Source: Nannocystis bainbridge (GTDB lineage: Bacteria; Myxococcota_A; Polyangia; Nannocystales; Nannocystaceae). Taken from it: a DNA stretch of 64,000 nt. Both the position numbers and the translations under genes were made by a program. Within the stretch, counting starts at the first letter, position 1. The number at the start of each line of letters is the position of its first letter. The stretch is from contig NZ_JAQNDL010000002.1 in NCBI RefSeq assembly GCF_028368995.1, positions 896,001-960,000 on the forward strand, given 5' to 3'. Below are positions 28,961 through 39,553 of this stretch, in pieces. The notes under the pieces were generated by a model. The model saw only the letters and a list, made by a program, of their open reading frames with translations, did no database searches and had not been told where the DNA came from.

Positions 28961-30247
28961 GTGCCGAGCGTGCGAGACGGCGAGGACGGCGGCGAGGGCC
29001 AGACGCTCGAGGTCGTGGGCCACGTGACCGACGAGTCGTGGCTCGGCATCCCGGCGCTGCACGCCGGCGGCGGGCTGATGGTGGTGCTGGCGGTGGCGCT
29101 GGTGGTCCACGCGCTGGCGCTGCGGCTCGCCCTGCCGCTGGCGCACGGGATGGCGCAGCGCAGCCGGACGACCTGGGACGACGTGCTGGTCAAGCACAAG
29201 GTGCTGGCGCGGCTGGTGCCGATCGCGGCGCTGGTGGTGATCGGCCGCGGCGTCGGGCTGGTGGTCGGGCTCGACGACTCGCTGGCGCGCTTCGTCGAGC
29301 GCATGGCGCTGGCGGCGATCCTGGTGGTGGCGGTGCGCGCGTTCGGGGCGCTGCTGACGGCCACCAACGAGCTGTACACGCGCAACCCGCAGGCGCTCGG
29401 GCGGCCGATCAAGGGCTACCTGCAGGGGCTGAAGGTGCTGGCGTACATCGGCGCGGCGATCGTGGTGATCGCGACGCTGCTCGACCAGTCGCCGTGGCTG
29501 CTGCTCAGCGGCCTGGGGGCGATGACGGCGGTGCTGCTGCTGATCTTCCGCGACACGCTGCTGTCGTTCGTGGCCGGGATCCAGCTGACGACGAACGACC
29601 TGATCCGGGTCGGCGACTGGCTCGAGATGCCGCAGTTCGACGCCGACGGCGGGGTGGTCGACATCTCGCTGAACGTGGTGAAGGTGCAGAACTGGGACGC
29701 GACGATCACGGTGATCCCGACCCACAAGTTCCTCGAGCACTCGTTCAAGAACTGGCGGGCGATGTTCGAGTCGGGCGGGCGCCGGATCAAGCGCGCGGTC
29801 CACATCGACATGGCGACGGTCCGGTTCCTCGACGCGGCGGAGATCGAGCGGCTGTCGCAGATCGTGATCCTGCGCGAGTACCTGGCGAGCAAGGTCCGCG
29901 AGGTGGCGGAGTACAACGAGGCGACGGTGCCGGACGACGCCGCCGCGGTGCCGGCCAACGGGCGCCACCTGACCAACCTCGGCACGTTCCGCGCGTATGT
30001 GGAGGCGTACCTGCGCGCGCACCCGAAGATCCACCCGGGGATGATGCGGATCGTCCGTCAGCTGCACCCGACGCCGCAGGGGCTGCCGCTCGAGATCTAC
30101 GTGTTCTCGAAGGAGACGGCGTGGGTGGTCTACGAGGGCATCCAGGCCGACATCTTCGACCACGTGCTGGCGATCGCGCCGGAGTTCGGCCTGCGCGTGT
30201 TCCAGGCCCCGTCCGGCAACGACCTGGCCCGGCTGGGCGGGCGCTGA
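28961..30247 (+). CDS. Mechanosensitive channel, MscS family (YbdG-like)
   Basis: Multiple TM helices, AGIQL...IRVGDWLEMP, VKVQNWD, NWRAMFESGGRRIKR, LTNLGTFRAY; start uncertain. Confidence 0.9.
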   Translation: MPSVRDGEDGGEGQTLEVVGHVTDESWLGIPALHAGGGLMVVLAVALVVHALALRLALPLAHGMAQRSRTTWDDVLVKHKVLARLVPIAALVVIGRGVGLVVGLDDSLARFVERMALAAILVVAVRAFGALLTATNELYTRNPQALGRPIKGYLQGLKVLAYIGAAIVVIATLLDQSPWLLLSGLGAMTAVLLLIFRDTLLSFVAGIQLTTNDLIRVGDWLEMPQFDADGGVVDISLNVVKVQNWDATITVIPTHKFLEHSFKNWRAMFESGGRRIKRAVHIDMATVRFLDAAEIERLSQIVILREYLASKVREVAEYNEATVPDDAAAVPANGRHLTNLGTFRAYVEAYLRAHPKIHPGMMRIVRQLHPTPQGLPLEIYVFSKETAWVVYEGIQADIFDHVLAIAPEFGLRVFQAPSGNDLARLGGR

Positions 30248-30250
30248 CGA

Positions 30251-30324
30251 GGTGTCCATGAGGACATGCCGCATGGGACATGTCCCATGCGGCATGGCGA
30301 AGCGGGCATGTCCCGGGGGACAGG
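30251..30324. repeat. 14-bp periodic array between convergent genes
   Basis: CATG at 30265, 30279, 30293, 30307; CAGG 30321. Confidence 0.9.
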
Positions 30325-33246
30325 CTAGCCGAGTGTGCCGGCCAGCTCGTGCGCCTCGTCGGGCTCGCGCTCGGTCCGCGGCTTCTTGGGCGCGAAGGTC
30401 GGGCCGAGGGCGCGCAGGCTGACGAGGTCGTCGCCGGAGCGGGCGAGCAGGCGCTCGCGGACCAGCTTGTGGTCCGAGATCACGGCGCCGACGAGGGCCT
30501 GGACGACCTCGCGCGGGCGGGCGCCAGGGCCTTCGGAGCTGAGGCGGACGCGGAAGCGCAGCAGGCCGGCGTCGACTTCGACCTCGGCGTGCAGCAGAGC
30601 AGCGCTGATGTCGACCGCGGTCGGCTCGCCGACGGCGCGTCGCAGGCCGCGGCCGGCCTTGGCCTTGCCGGCGCGCTCGACCTGGAGCGGACCGCCGAGG
30701 CGGGCGGGCAGCTCGGCGGCGACCTCGGCGGCCAGCTCGGGGCCGAGGTCGACGGCGTAGTCGGCGGCGACGACGAGCTCGCCGAGGCGGCGCTCGCCCT
30801 GGAGGAGGACGCGGACGTCGAGGATGTCGATGCCGGGCGGGGCGGCGGCGACGAACCGCTCGCGCAGCTGCAGGGCTTCGCGCAGGCGGTCGTCGTCGCT
30901 CCACAGGCCGGCCATGTCGGCGTCGCTGCGCGGCAGCAGGACGTCGAGGTCGACGACCTCCTCGCGGGCGCCGACGCCGAGCGCCAGAGCTGGCCCGAAG
31001 GACATGCGCGGCACCGGGTTGAAGCCGCGCGAGAAGGCGGTCTCGACCCCGGCGCGCCGCAGCATGCGCGGCAGGACGCGGGTGAGGTCGAGGTGGCCCA
31101 TGAACCGCATCGGCCCCGTCTTGGCGAAGAACACCCGCACGCGGGTGAACGGGGCCTCGGCGGCGGCCTTGAAGGCGCTGTCGGCGGCCAGCTTGCTCGG
31201 GTTGAGGCGGCCGCGCAGGCGCTCGATCGGGACCAGGTCGGCGGCGATCGCCCGCTCGTGCTCGCGCTCGACCTCGTCGTCGCGCTCGCGGTCGTGGCGC
31301 TCGACCTTCATGCCGGCGAGACGATCGAGGGCGACCATCCGCTCGCCGCGCATCTCGGACATGTCGCAGGCGATGCCGCAGTCGTAGCAGACGAGTCGGC
31401 GCGCGTCGGCCTCGGCGGCCTCGCGGCTGGTCGGGTGGACCTTGGCGCCGAACGGCTTGCCGCACGGCGGGGAGGCGCGCCCGCGCAGGGCCTTGCGGTA
31501 CTCCTCGGCGAGGAAGCCGGGCTCGAGGCCGATGTCGATGTGGTCCCACGGCAGGCGGGCGTCGACGGCGATGGTGCGGGTGTAACGCTCGGGCTCAACG
31601 CCGACGGCCGCGATCGCGGCGGTCCAGCGGGCCATCGAGAAGCGCTCGCGCCAGCCGTCGAAGCGGGCGCCGGCGGCGTAGGCGTGGCCGAGGACCTCGC
31701 CCATGTCACGGTCGCCGCGGGCGAACAGGCACTCGAGCCAGCTCTCGGTCTGCGAGTGGGTCTTGAGCTCGAGGCGGTAACGCCGGGCCAGGTCGCGCAG
31801 CAGGTTGACCTTTTGGGACAGGTCCGAAAGGCCATCCATGGCCGCCCACTGGAACGGGGTGTGCGGCTTGGGCACGTGCTGCGAGACGCTGACGGTGACG
31901 GTGGGCATGCGCTGCAGCTTGAGCTCGCGCGCGACCTCGCGGACCTTGCGGCCGGTCTCGGCGATGCCGACCACGTCCTCCTCGGTCTCGGTCGGCAGGC
32001 CCATGATGAAGTACATCTTGATGCGGTCGTAGCCGCGCTCGAAGATCCGCCGCGCCGAGGTCAGGATGTCGTCGTCGCTGACGTTCTTGTTGATGACGTC
32101 GCGCATCCGCTGGGTCCCGGCCTCGGGCGCGAAGGTGAGGCCGCTGATGCCGACGCTCTTGATCTCGTCGAGCAGGCCCTCGTTGAGGCCGTAAGCGCGC
32201 AAGCTGGCGATGCCGAGCTTGATCTTGCGGCGCTTGAGCTCGGGCACGAGCTCCTTGATCAGCGGATCGATGCACGAGACGTCGGCGGTGCTCAGCGCGG
32301 TGAGGCTGGTCTCGGAGAAGCCGGCCGCCTCGACGCCGTCGAGCACGGCCTTGACGATCTGCTTGGGGTCGCGCTCGCGGACCGGGCGGTAGATGATGCC
32401 GGCCTGGCAGAACCGGCAGCCCTCGGTGCAGCCGCGGGTGATCTCGACGGAGGCGCGATCGAAGATGGCCTCGGCGTAGGGGATCGGGAACCGCGTGGGG
32501 AAGGGGAAGCGATCGAGATCGCGCACGTAGACGCGACCGACCCGCGCGGGCACGCCGAGCGCTCGACCCTCCTCGGTCGGGCCGGTGACGACGAGCAGCT
32601 CGCTCCGCTCGTCGCGCTCGACGGCGTAGAAGGTGGGCGCGTAGATGCCGGGCGTGCGGGCGGCGGCGGCCAGGATCTCGCGCCGCGACCGACCTTCGCT
32701 ACGCATGCGGCCGATCGTGCGCAGGAGGTCGGGCAGGACCTCCTCGGCCTCGCCGACGAGGAAGAGATCGACGAAGGCGGCCAGCGGCTCGGGGTGCGTG
32801 GCCGTGGGCCCGCCCGCGAGCACGATCGGGTCGGCGTCGCCTCGCGCGTCGCTGCGCAGCGGGATCCCGCCGAGTTCGAGGTTGAGGAGGACGTTGGTGT
32901 AGCTGAGCTCGTACTGCAGGCTGAAGCCGACGACGTCGAACTCACGCAGCGGGGTGGCGGTCTCGAGGCTGACGAGCGGGAGACCCCGCGCACGCAGCTC
33001 GGCCTCCATGTCGGTCCACGGGCTGAACGCGCGCTCGCACACGAGGTCGTCGTGCTTGTTGACGAGGTCGTAGAGGATGCGCGTGCCGAGGTGGCTCATG
33101 CCGATCTCGTAGAGATCGGGGAAGGCGAGGACGAAGCGACACGCGAGCCCGGCGCCCGACTTGCGGATCTGCTGCTCTTCGCCGCCGAGGTAGCGCCCGG
33201 GCTTTTCCACGCGCCCGAGGAATTCGGCATAAGGATGTTCTGCCAT
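30325..33246 (-). CDS. Radical SAM protein (TIGR03960-like) fused to TIGR03936/DUF2344-like domain
   Basis: VEKPGRYLGGE, FPDLYEIGMSHLG, CxxxCxxC (GCTEGCRFC), KPHTPFQW; C-terminal MRFMGHLD...SRGFNPVPRMSFGPAL. Confidence 0.9.
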   Translation of the reverse strand: MAEHPYAEFLGRVEKPGRYLGGEEQQIRKSGAGLACRFVLAFPDLYEIGMSHLGTRILYDLVNKHDDLVCERAFSPWTDMEAELRARGLPLVSLETATPLREFDVVGFSLQYELSYTNVLLNLELGGIPLRSDARGDADPIVLAGGPTATHPEPLAAFVDLFLVGEAEEVLPDLLRTIGRMRSEGRSRREILAAAARTPGIYAPTFYAVERDERSELLVVTGPTEEGRALGVPARVGRVYVRDLDRFPFPTRFPIPYAEAIFDRASVEITRGCTEGCRFCQAGIIYRPVRERDPKQIVKAVLDGVEAAGFSETSLTALSTADVSCIDPLIKELVPELKRRKIKLGIASLRAYGLNEGLLDEIKSVGISGLTFAPEAGTQRMRDVINKNVSDDDILTSARRIFERGYDRIKMYFIMGLPTETEEDVVGIAETGRKVREVARELKLQRMPTVTVSVSQHVPKPHTPFQWAAMDGLSDLSQKVNLLRDLARRYRLELKTHSQTESWLECLFARGDRDMGEVLGHAYAAGARFDGWRERFSMARWTAAIAAVGVEPERYTRTIAVDARLPWDHIDIGLEPGFLAEEYRKALRGRASPPCGKPFGAKVHPTSREAAEADARRLVCYDCGIACDMSEMRGERMVALDRLAGMKVERHDRERDDEVEREHERAIAADLVPIERLRGRLNPSKLAADSAFKAAAEAPFTRVRVFFAKTGPMRFMGHLDLTRVLPRMLRRAGVETAFSRGFNPVPRMSFGPALALGVGAREEVVDLDVLLPRSDADMAGLWSDDDRLREALQLRERFVAAAPPGIDILDVRVLLQGERRLGELVVAADYAVDLGPELAAEVAAELPARLGGPLQVERAGKAKAGRGLRRAVGEPTAVDISAALLHAEVEVDAGLLRFRVRLSSEGPGARPREVVQALVGAVISDHKLVRERLLARSGDDLVSLRALGPTFAPKKPRTEREPDEAHELAGTLG

Positions 33247-33342
33247 GACGAGCCGCTCTTTTAGCCGAAATGGCGCGTCCGCACCACCGCGTCCGCGCCG
33301 GGCGCACCGCCCCCCTTGCCGCGGGCCGCGTGTGACCCAAGA

Positions 33343-34350
33343 ATGCCTGCCGTGAAGGACCTGTACTCAGTCCTGGGCGTGCCGCGCACCGCCGACGAGA
33401 AAGAGATCAAGCGGGCGTTCCGCAAGCTGACTCAGCAGCATCACCCGGACAAGAACCCGGGCGACAAGCAGGCAGAGGAGAAATTCAAGGAGATGTCCGG
33501 CGCCTACGAGGTGCTGGGCGACGCTCAGCGGCGCAAGAACTACGACGAGTTCGGCGACATGAGCCTGACGCAGGGCTTCGATCCGGAGCGCGCGCGCGCC
33601 TATCAGCAGGCGACCCGCGGCGGCGGTGGCGGTCGCCGGCGCGCCGGGCCGGCCGGGTTCGGCGGCGGCGGCGGGTTTGACGCCGACGGCCAGTTCAATT
33701 TCCAGAACTTCGGCGACGCGCGCGGGGTGTCGTTCGACGACCTGCTGTCGCAGCTGTTCGGCGGCGGGCGCGTGGTCGACCCTGCTGCCCGCGGCGGTCG
33801 CGGGCGACCGGTCAGCACCCGCGGGAACGACATCGAGGGCGAGATCACGATCGATTTCCCGCAGCTGCTGCGCGGGGCCGTGATCCCGCTGCGCATCGAG
33901 TCGCAGACAGGGGGCTCGCGCACGCTCGACGTCAAGGTGCCGGTCGGGATCGCCGACGGCGGCAAGCTGCGTCTTCGCGGTCAGGGCGGCCCGGGCGACC
34001 CGCCGGGCGACATTCTATTGACGGTGAAGGTCGCGCCGCATCCGCGCCTCAAGCGCGATGGCAACAACCTGCAGATGAGTCTGCCCGTGACCGCGCTCGA
34101 GGCGGTGCGCGGCGGCCCGGTCGACATCCCGACGCCGGCCGGGGCGGTGACGTTGAAGCTCAAGCCCGGCAGTCAGAACGGGCAGACGCTGCGGCTCAAG
34201 GGCAAGGGCATCGCGCCGGCGAACGGCGAGGCGGGCGACCTGCTGGTGACGCTCGACGTGCGCCTCCCCACCGCGGCCGACCCTGAGCTGACAGCCGCGC
34301 TCGAGCGCCTGCAGGGGCACGAGAACGTGCGCGCCGACCTCGAGCTGTAG
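33343..34350 (+). CDS. DnaJ-class chaperone (CbpA-like, no zinc finger)
   Basis: J domain with HPD, G/F-rich region, C-terminal DnaJ domains. Confidence 0.92.
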   Translation: MPAVKDLYSVLGVPRTADEKEIKRAFRKLTQQHHPDKNPGDKQAEEKFKEMSGAYEVLGDAQRRKNYDEFGDMSLTQGFDPERARAYQQATRGGGGGRRRAGPAGFGGGGGFDADGQFNFQNFGDARGVSFDDLLSQLFGGGRVVDPAARGGRGRPVSTRGNDIEGEITIDFPQLLRGAVIPLRIESQTGGSRTLDVKVPVGIADGGKLRLRGQGGPGDPPGDILLTVKVAPHPRLKRDGNNLQMSLPVTALEAVRGGPVDIPTPAGAVTLKLKPGSQNGQTLRLKGKGIAPANGEAGDLLVTLDVRLPTAADPELTAALERLQGHENVRADLEL

Positions 34351-34370
34351 AGGTCGCCGCGTGCTATGCC

Positions 34371-35342
<972 letters not shown>

Positions 35343-35352
35343 TGTGGTTTTT

Positions 35353-35402
35353 GGGACATGCCCCGAAGGGCATGTCCGTCGAGACATGTCCGTGAAGACC
35401 TG
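35353..35402. repeat. 14-bp periodic array
   Basis: CATG at 35357, 35371, 35385; CCTG 35399. Confidence 0.85.
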
Positions 35403-35412
35403 GAGGACCCCG

Positions 35413-36072
35413 ATGCAGCTCGAGCTGATCAGCCACGCCCTGTGCCCGTTCGTCCACCGCGCCTGCATCATGCTGCGCGAGAAGGGGGTCGAGTACAGCC
35501 GCCGCGACATCGACCTCGACAACAAGCCGGAGTGGTTCTTGGCCCTGTCGCCGCGCGGCAAGGTGCCGGTGCTGGTGGCCGACGGGACGCCGCTGTTCGA
35601 GTCGGCGGCGATCGTCGAGTTCCTCGACGAGACCCACCCGCCGCCGGTGATCCCGACCGAGCCGTTCGCGCGGGCGCGCGGGCGGGCGTGGGTCGAGGTC
35701 GCCAGCGATCTGCTGATGGCGCAGTACCGGGTCTACATGGCGGCGACGCAGGCGGACTTCGAGGCGGCGGCCAAGACGGCGACGGCGGCGCTGGGCCGCT
35801 ACGACGATGCGCTGCGCAAGGGCGACCTGGCGGCGGACGAGTTCAAGCTGGTCGAGGTGGCGGCGGCGCCGGCGATGTTCCGCTTCGCGCTGCTGGCCGA
35901 CCACGCCGGCTGGGCGTTCTGGCCGGCGGGCTCGCAGGTCGAGGCGTGGGCGCGACGCCTGGCGAGCCGGCCGTCGGTGACTTCGTCGGTGGCCGAGGAC
36001 TTCGCCGAGAAGTTCCTGAAGCTGCTGGCCGACAAGAACAGCTACATGCTGAAGACCCGCCCGACGGCCTGA
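35413..36072 (+). CDS. Glutathione S-transferase family protein
   Basis: CPFVHR, KPEWFLALSPRGKVPVL, FESAAIVEFLDE; GGAGG RBS. Confidence 0.92.
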   Translation: MQLELISHALCPFVHRACIMLREKGVEYSRRDIDLDNKPEWFLALSPRGKVPVLVADGTPLFESAAIVEFLDETHPPPVIPTEPFARARGRAWVEVASDLLMAQYRVYMAATQADFEAAAKTATAALGRYDDALRKGDLAADEFKLVEVAAAPAMFRFALLADHAGWAFWPAGSQVEAWARRLASRPSVTSSVAEDFAEKFLKLLADKNSYMLKTRPTA

Positions 36073-36085
36073 GAGGAGCGTCCCC

Positions 36086-36700
36086 ATGCACATCGACATC
36101 GTGTCCGACATCGCCTGCCCGTGGTGCTTCATCGGCATCGAGCGGCTCGAGCGCGCGCTGGCCGAGACGGGGGCCGAGGCGACGGTGACGCTGCACCCGT
36201 TCCTGCTCGACCCCGACGGGCCCGACAGCGGGACCGACCTGCGCGAGCGCCTGCGCCAGAAGTTCGGCGGCGACCCGACGCCGGCGTTCGCCAACGTCGA
36301 GCGCGCGGCCCGAGAGTCGGGCATCGCGCTCGACTTCGCGAAGGTGCACATGGGCTACCCGACGCTGCGGGCGCACACGCTGCTGCGCCACTCGGTTGCC
36401 AAGGGGAGCCAGCGGGCGCTGTCGCGGGCGCTGTTCGCGGCCTACTTCCTCGAGGGCAAGAACATCGCCGACCCGGCGGTGCTGGCCGAACTGGCGGCGC
36501 CGCACGGGTTCGCCGCGGAGGAGGTTGCGGCGCTGGTCGGCGATGCGCGCGAGCTGGCCGAGACGCGCCAGGAGGCCGAACACGCGGCCCGCAACGGGGT
36601 CCGCGGGGTGCCGCTGTTCATCTTCGACGGTCGCACGGCGCTGTCGGGGGCGCAGCCGGAGGCGGTGTTCCGCGAGACGATCCGCAAGGCCGCGGGCTGA
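36086..36700 (+). CDS. DsbA family oxidoreductase (FrnE-like)
   Basis: SDIACPWCFIG, GVRGVPLF, SGAQP. Confidence 0.92.
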   Translation: MHIDIVSDIACPWCFIGIERLERALAETGAEATVTLHPFLLDPDGPDSGTDLRERLRQKFGGDPTPAFANVERAARESGIALDFAKVHMGYPTLRAHTLLRHSVAKGSQRALSRALFAAYFLEGKNIADPAVLAELAAPHGFAAEEVAALVGDARELAETRQEAEHAARNGVRGVPLFIFDGRTALSGAQPEAVFRETIRKAAG

Positions 36701-36792
36701 GCGGGCGCGTCAGGCGAGGGCGCCGAGGGCGAGCGACGTGCGCGCCGGCGACGGCGAGCTGCGTGCGCGCCGGTCATGGTCGGAGCGCGTGA

Positions 36793-36880
36793 GATGGCTT
36801 TTCGAGCATGTCCTGATGGGCATGCTCGAGGCGACATGTCGATCGGGGCATGCTCCCGAAATCATGTCCCGAGAGACAGC
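36793..36880. repeat. 14-bp periodic array (7 junctions) between convergent genes
   Basis: GATG 36793; CATG 36807, 36821, 36835, 36849, 36863; CAGC 36877. Confidence 0.9.
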
Positions 36881-37398
36881 TGCCGCACCAAGTCCGGATC
36901 GAGCGGCTCGCTGACGTCGGGGCGGTGGAAATCGGGGCGCAGGCCGCCGGCGGGCAGGGCGGAGAGGTAGCGGCGCGCGTCGCCCTGGCCGTGGATCGCG
37001 TGGGCGTTGCAGCGGGCCAGGCCGGGCGGGAGCAGGTCGGCAGGGACGGTCGCGCGACCGCGCCAGCGGCCGCCGGCAAGCGCGTCGGCGACGAACTCGA
37101 CAGCGACGGTGGCGACGAGGTTGCGGACGCCGTGCAGCTGGAGCGCGAGCGAGTGGCCGTGCGGGCCGAACTCGAGCTCGAGGTAGCGATCGCCGGGGGC
37201 GTGGAGGAACAGCTCGACGACCTCGAAATTCCACAGGCCCGGGGTCGAGCCGGGCGGCGAGGGCGGCGGCGGATCGCGGTGAAACGGGGCGTCGATCGTC
37301 AGCTCGAGCGCGCCGGGGCGAGCGCGGAGCTCGAGGGTGGTTCGTTCGACAGGCGCCGCCGGGCGGCCGTCCCACGTGCGGTCGATGACGAGGTGCAC
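36862..37398 (-). CDS. UPF0462/C4orf33-like protein
   Basis: TWDG...DAPFHRDP...LWNFEVVELF...YLELEFGPHGH...NAHAIHG...PDFHR, recalled as UPF0462 family motifs. Confidence 0.65.
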   Translation of the reverse strand: MHLVIDRTWDGRPAAPVERTTLELRARPGALELTIDAPFHRDPPPPSPPGSTPGLWNFEVVELFLHAPGDRYLELEFGPHGHSLALQLHGVRNLVATVAVEFVADALAGGRWRGRATVPADLLPPGLARCNAHAIHGQGDARRYLSALPAGGLRPDFHRPDVSEPLDPDLVRQLSLGT

Positions 37399-37413
37399 GC
37401 GGCCAGGGTAGCG

Positions 37414-39546
37414 TCAGTCGGCGCGCACGGCGTCGCCGAGGATCGCCGAGTACAGCGCGGCGGCCGGATCGAGCGCGGCGGCGGGGGCGGCCAGCAGGAG
37501 CACGGCGTGGTCGCCGAGGCGGCGCTCGACGAGGCGGGCGATGGTCTCGCCGTTGCGCTGCAGCGTGTAGTTGGTGAAGCCGGCGAAGGCGGCCTCGGGA
37601 TCGGCCTCGGGGCGCAGGACGAGCTCGTGCGCGAGGGCCGGGGCGAGGACGAACAGAGCGCTGCCCTCGGCGGGGGCGTCGGGCACGACCACGAACTCGA
37701 CGAGGTGGCCGCCGCGCAGCGCCTGGGTGTCGAGCCAGCCAGGGAACACCTGCAGCAGCGGGTGGCGGCGCTCGCCAGCTTCGACGCGCTCGAAGCTGGT
37801 CGGCAGCGCGAGCGCGACGCCGTTCTCGACGACGCGGAGCTCGCGGTGGGCAGCGGCGAAGGCGATCGGATCTTCGCGCGAGACCTGGACGGCGCCGAGG
37901 CCGACGACGGCGATCGCGGCCAGGCACAGGCCGGCCAGCGGCTTGCGGGTCCAGCCGGGGAGGGTCGGTGGCAGCAGCAGGGTCAGCGCGGAGGCGACGA
38001 AGGCAGCTGTCCCGAGAGACAGGGGCGTCGAGCGCAGGCCGTAGACCCCGGGGATGCAGGCGAACACGTGCGCGCCGAGCAGGAAGAGCAGGGTGAGGAC
38101 GACGCTGCGGCGCACCGTCGAGAGCAGGCCCGGGGTGCGCGCGGGCAGCAGCGTCCACAAGGTGGCGACCAGCACGGCGACCGCGAGGGCGTTGCCGCCG
38201 CCGATGACCTGGGCCGGATCGGGGTCGGCGACCGCGGCGGCCCACATGCCGGCGGCGCTGCCGAGGATGGCGATCAGGCCGGTGCGGGCCCAGCCGTGGA
38301 TGCGCTCGAGCACATGTCCTGCGAGCCAGATCGAGTAGCAGTCGAGCAGCAGGCCGACGAGGTCGGCGTGCACGAACGGGGCGGTGAAGAGGCGGCCCCA
38401 GCTGCCGGCGCGCCACAGCTCGCCGGTCAGGGCGCCGGCGCGGAGCAGGCCGACGCCGGCCCAGCCGGCCGCGAGCGTGACCACGTACCAACCGGCCGAG
38501 ACGGCGATCAGGGCGGTGGTCATGATCAGCGGCTGCAGCCGGCGGGCCCCGCCGCGCTCGCGCAGGGCGGCGCGGAAGCGTTCGCCGACGGCCTGGACGA
38601 ACTCCTGCAGATCGTCGTCGAACGCCGGCGCGGGCTCGTCGACGTGGGCGCGCACGGTGCGAGCGGCGGCGGCGAGGCGGGTCTCGCTGCGGCGCGCGAG
38701 CCCGGGGACCTGCTGCAGCAACGCGTCGGCGCGCTGCGGATCGCCGGCGCGGGCGGCGGCGATCCCGAGGAACAGCGTGGCTGTCCCCGGGGACAGGCCG
38801 AGCCGGCGCCCGCGGTCGCGCACCAACGCGTCCTCGACGACGCCGAGCGCCCCGGAGTGGGCGAGGAAGGTGAGGCGCGCCTGGGCCAGCAGCTCGGCGG
38901 CGCCGGCCTCGCTGCCGAGCGGGCCGTCCTCGATCGAGCGCAGCAGCGCGGCCGCGGCGTCGTGACGCCCGAGCTCGCCGAAGGCGCGCAAGATCCCGAG
39001 CGCCAGCGTCGGCCGGACCGCGGCGTAGCTCGGGTGGAAGTGACTCTCGTAGTGCGTCACCGCCTCGCTCCAGCGGTGGTCGAACAGCAGCATCGCCACG
39101 ATCTGCTCGTGGATCACCGCCAGCTCGGCCGGCTCCTCGGCGGCGGCGACGAGGCCGCGGAAGTGGGCCAGCGCCGCGTCGACGCCGTCGCGGTCGAGCA
39201 GGGCGAAGCCGCGGAGGATCTGCTGCTGACGCCCGAGGCCGGCGCCGGGCATCAACATGGCTCGAAGACCAGACAGGCGCACGGCCAGGCGCGGGCGGCC
39301 GAGCGCGAACATCTGCCGGGCCCCGCGCTCGAGCAGCGCCGGGGCGACCACCGTCAGGCCGCACAGACAGATGACGACGGTCCCGAGGTAGCGGTCCTCG
39401 TAGACGATCGCGGTGAAGGCCAGCACGAGCTGCAGCCCCAGCACCGCCGCGTAGCCCCGCGGGCCGCCCGGTCGGCGGATCGTGCGGAGCAGGACCATGG
39501 CGAGGACCAGCCCCGCGAGGACCAGGAGGTTGTGATAGAGCGCCAA
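37414..39546 (-). CDS. Rhomboid-like membrane protein with TPR-like region, catalytic residues apparently lost
   Basis: WGRLFTAPFVH followed by TM helices; GxSG motif appears as IGGGNA. Confidence 0.65.
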   Translation of the reverse strand: MALYHNLLVLAGLVLAMVLLRTIRRPGGPRGYAAVLGLQLVLAFTAIVYEDRYLGTVVICLCGLTVVAPALLERGARQMFALGRPRLAVRLSGLRAMLMPGAGLGRQQQILRGFALLDRDGVDAALAHFRGLVAAAEEPAELAVIHEQIVAMLLFDHRWSEAVTHYESHFHPSYAAVRPTLALGILRAFGELGRHDAAAALLRSIEDGPLGSEAGAAELLAQARLTFLAHSGALGVVEDALVRDRGRRLGLSPGTATLFLGIAAARAGDPQRADALLQQVPGLARRSETRLAAAARTVRAHVDEPAPAFDDDLQEFVQAVGERFRAALRERGGARRLQPLIMTTALIAVSAGWYVVTLAAGWAGVGLLRAGALTGELWRAGSWGRLFTAPFVHADLVGLLLDCYSIWLAGHVLERIHGWARTGLIAILGSAAGMWAAAVADPDPAQVIGGGNALAVAVLVATLWTLLPARTPGLLSTVRRSVVLTLLFLLGAHVFACIPGVYGLRSTPLSLGTAAFVASALTLLLPPTLPGWTRKPLAGLCLAAIAVVGLGAVQVSREDPIAFAAAHRELRVVENGVALALPTSFERVEAGERRHPLLQVFPGWLDTQALRGGHLVEFVVVPDAPAEGSALFVLAPALAHELVLRPEADPEAAFAGFTNYTLQRNGETIARLVERRLGDHAVLLLAAPAAALDPAAALYSAILGDAVRAD

Positions 39547-39553
39547 GCCGACC

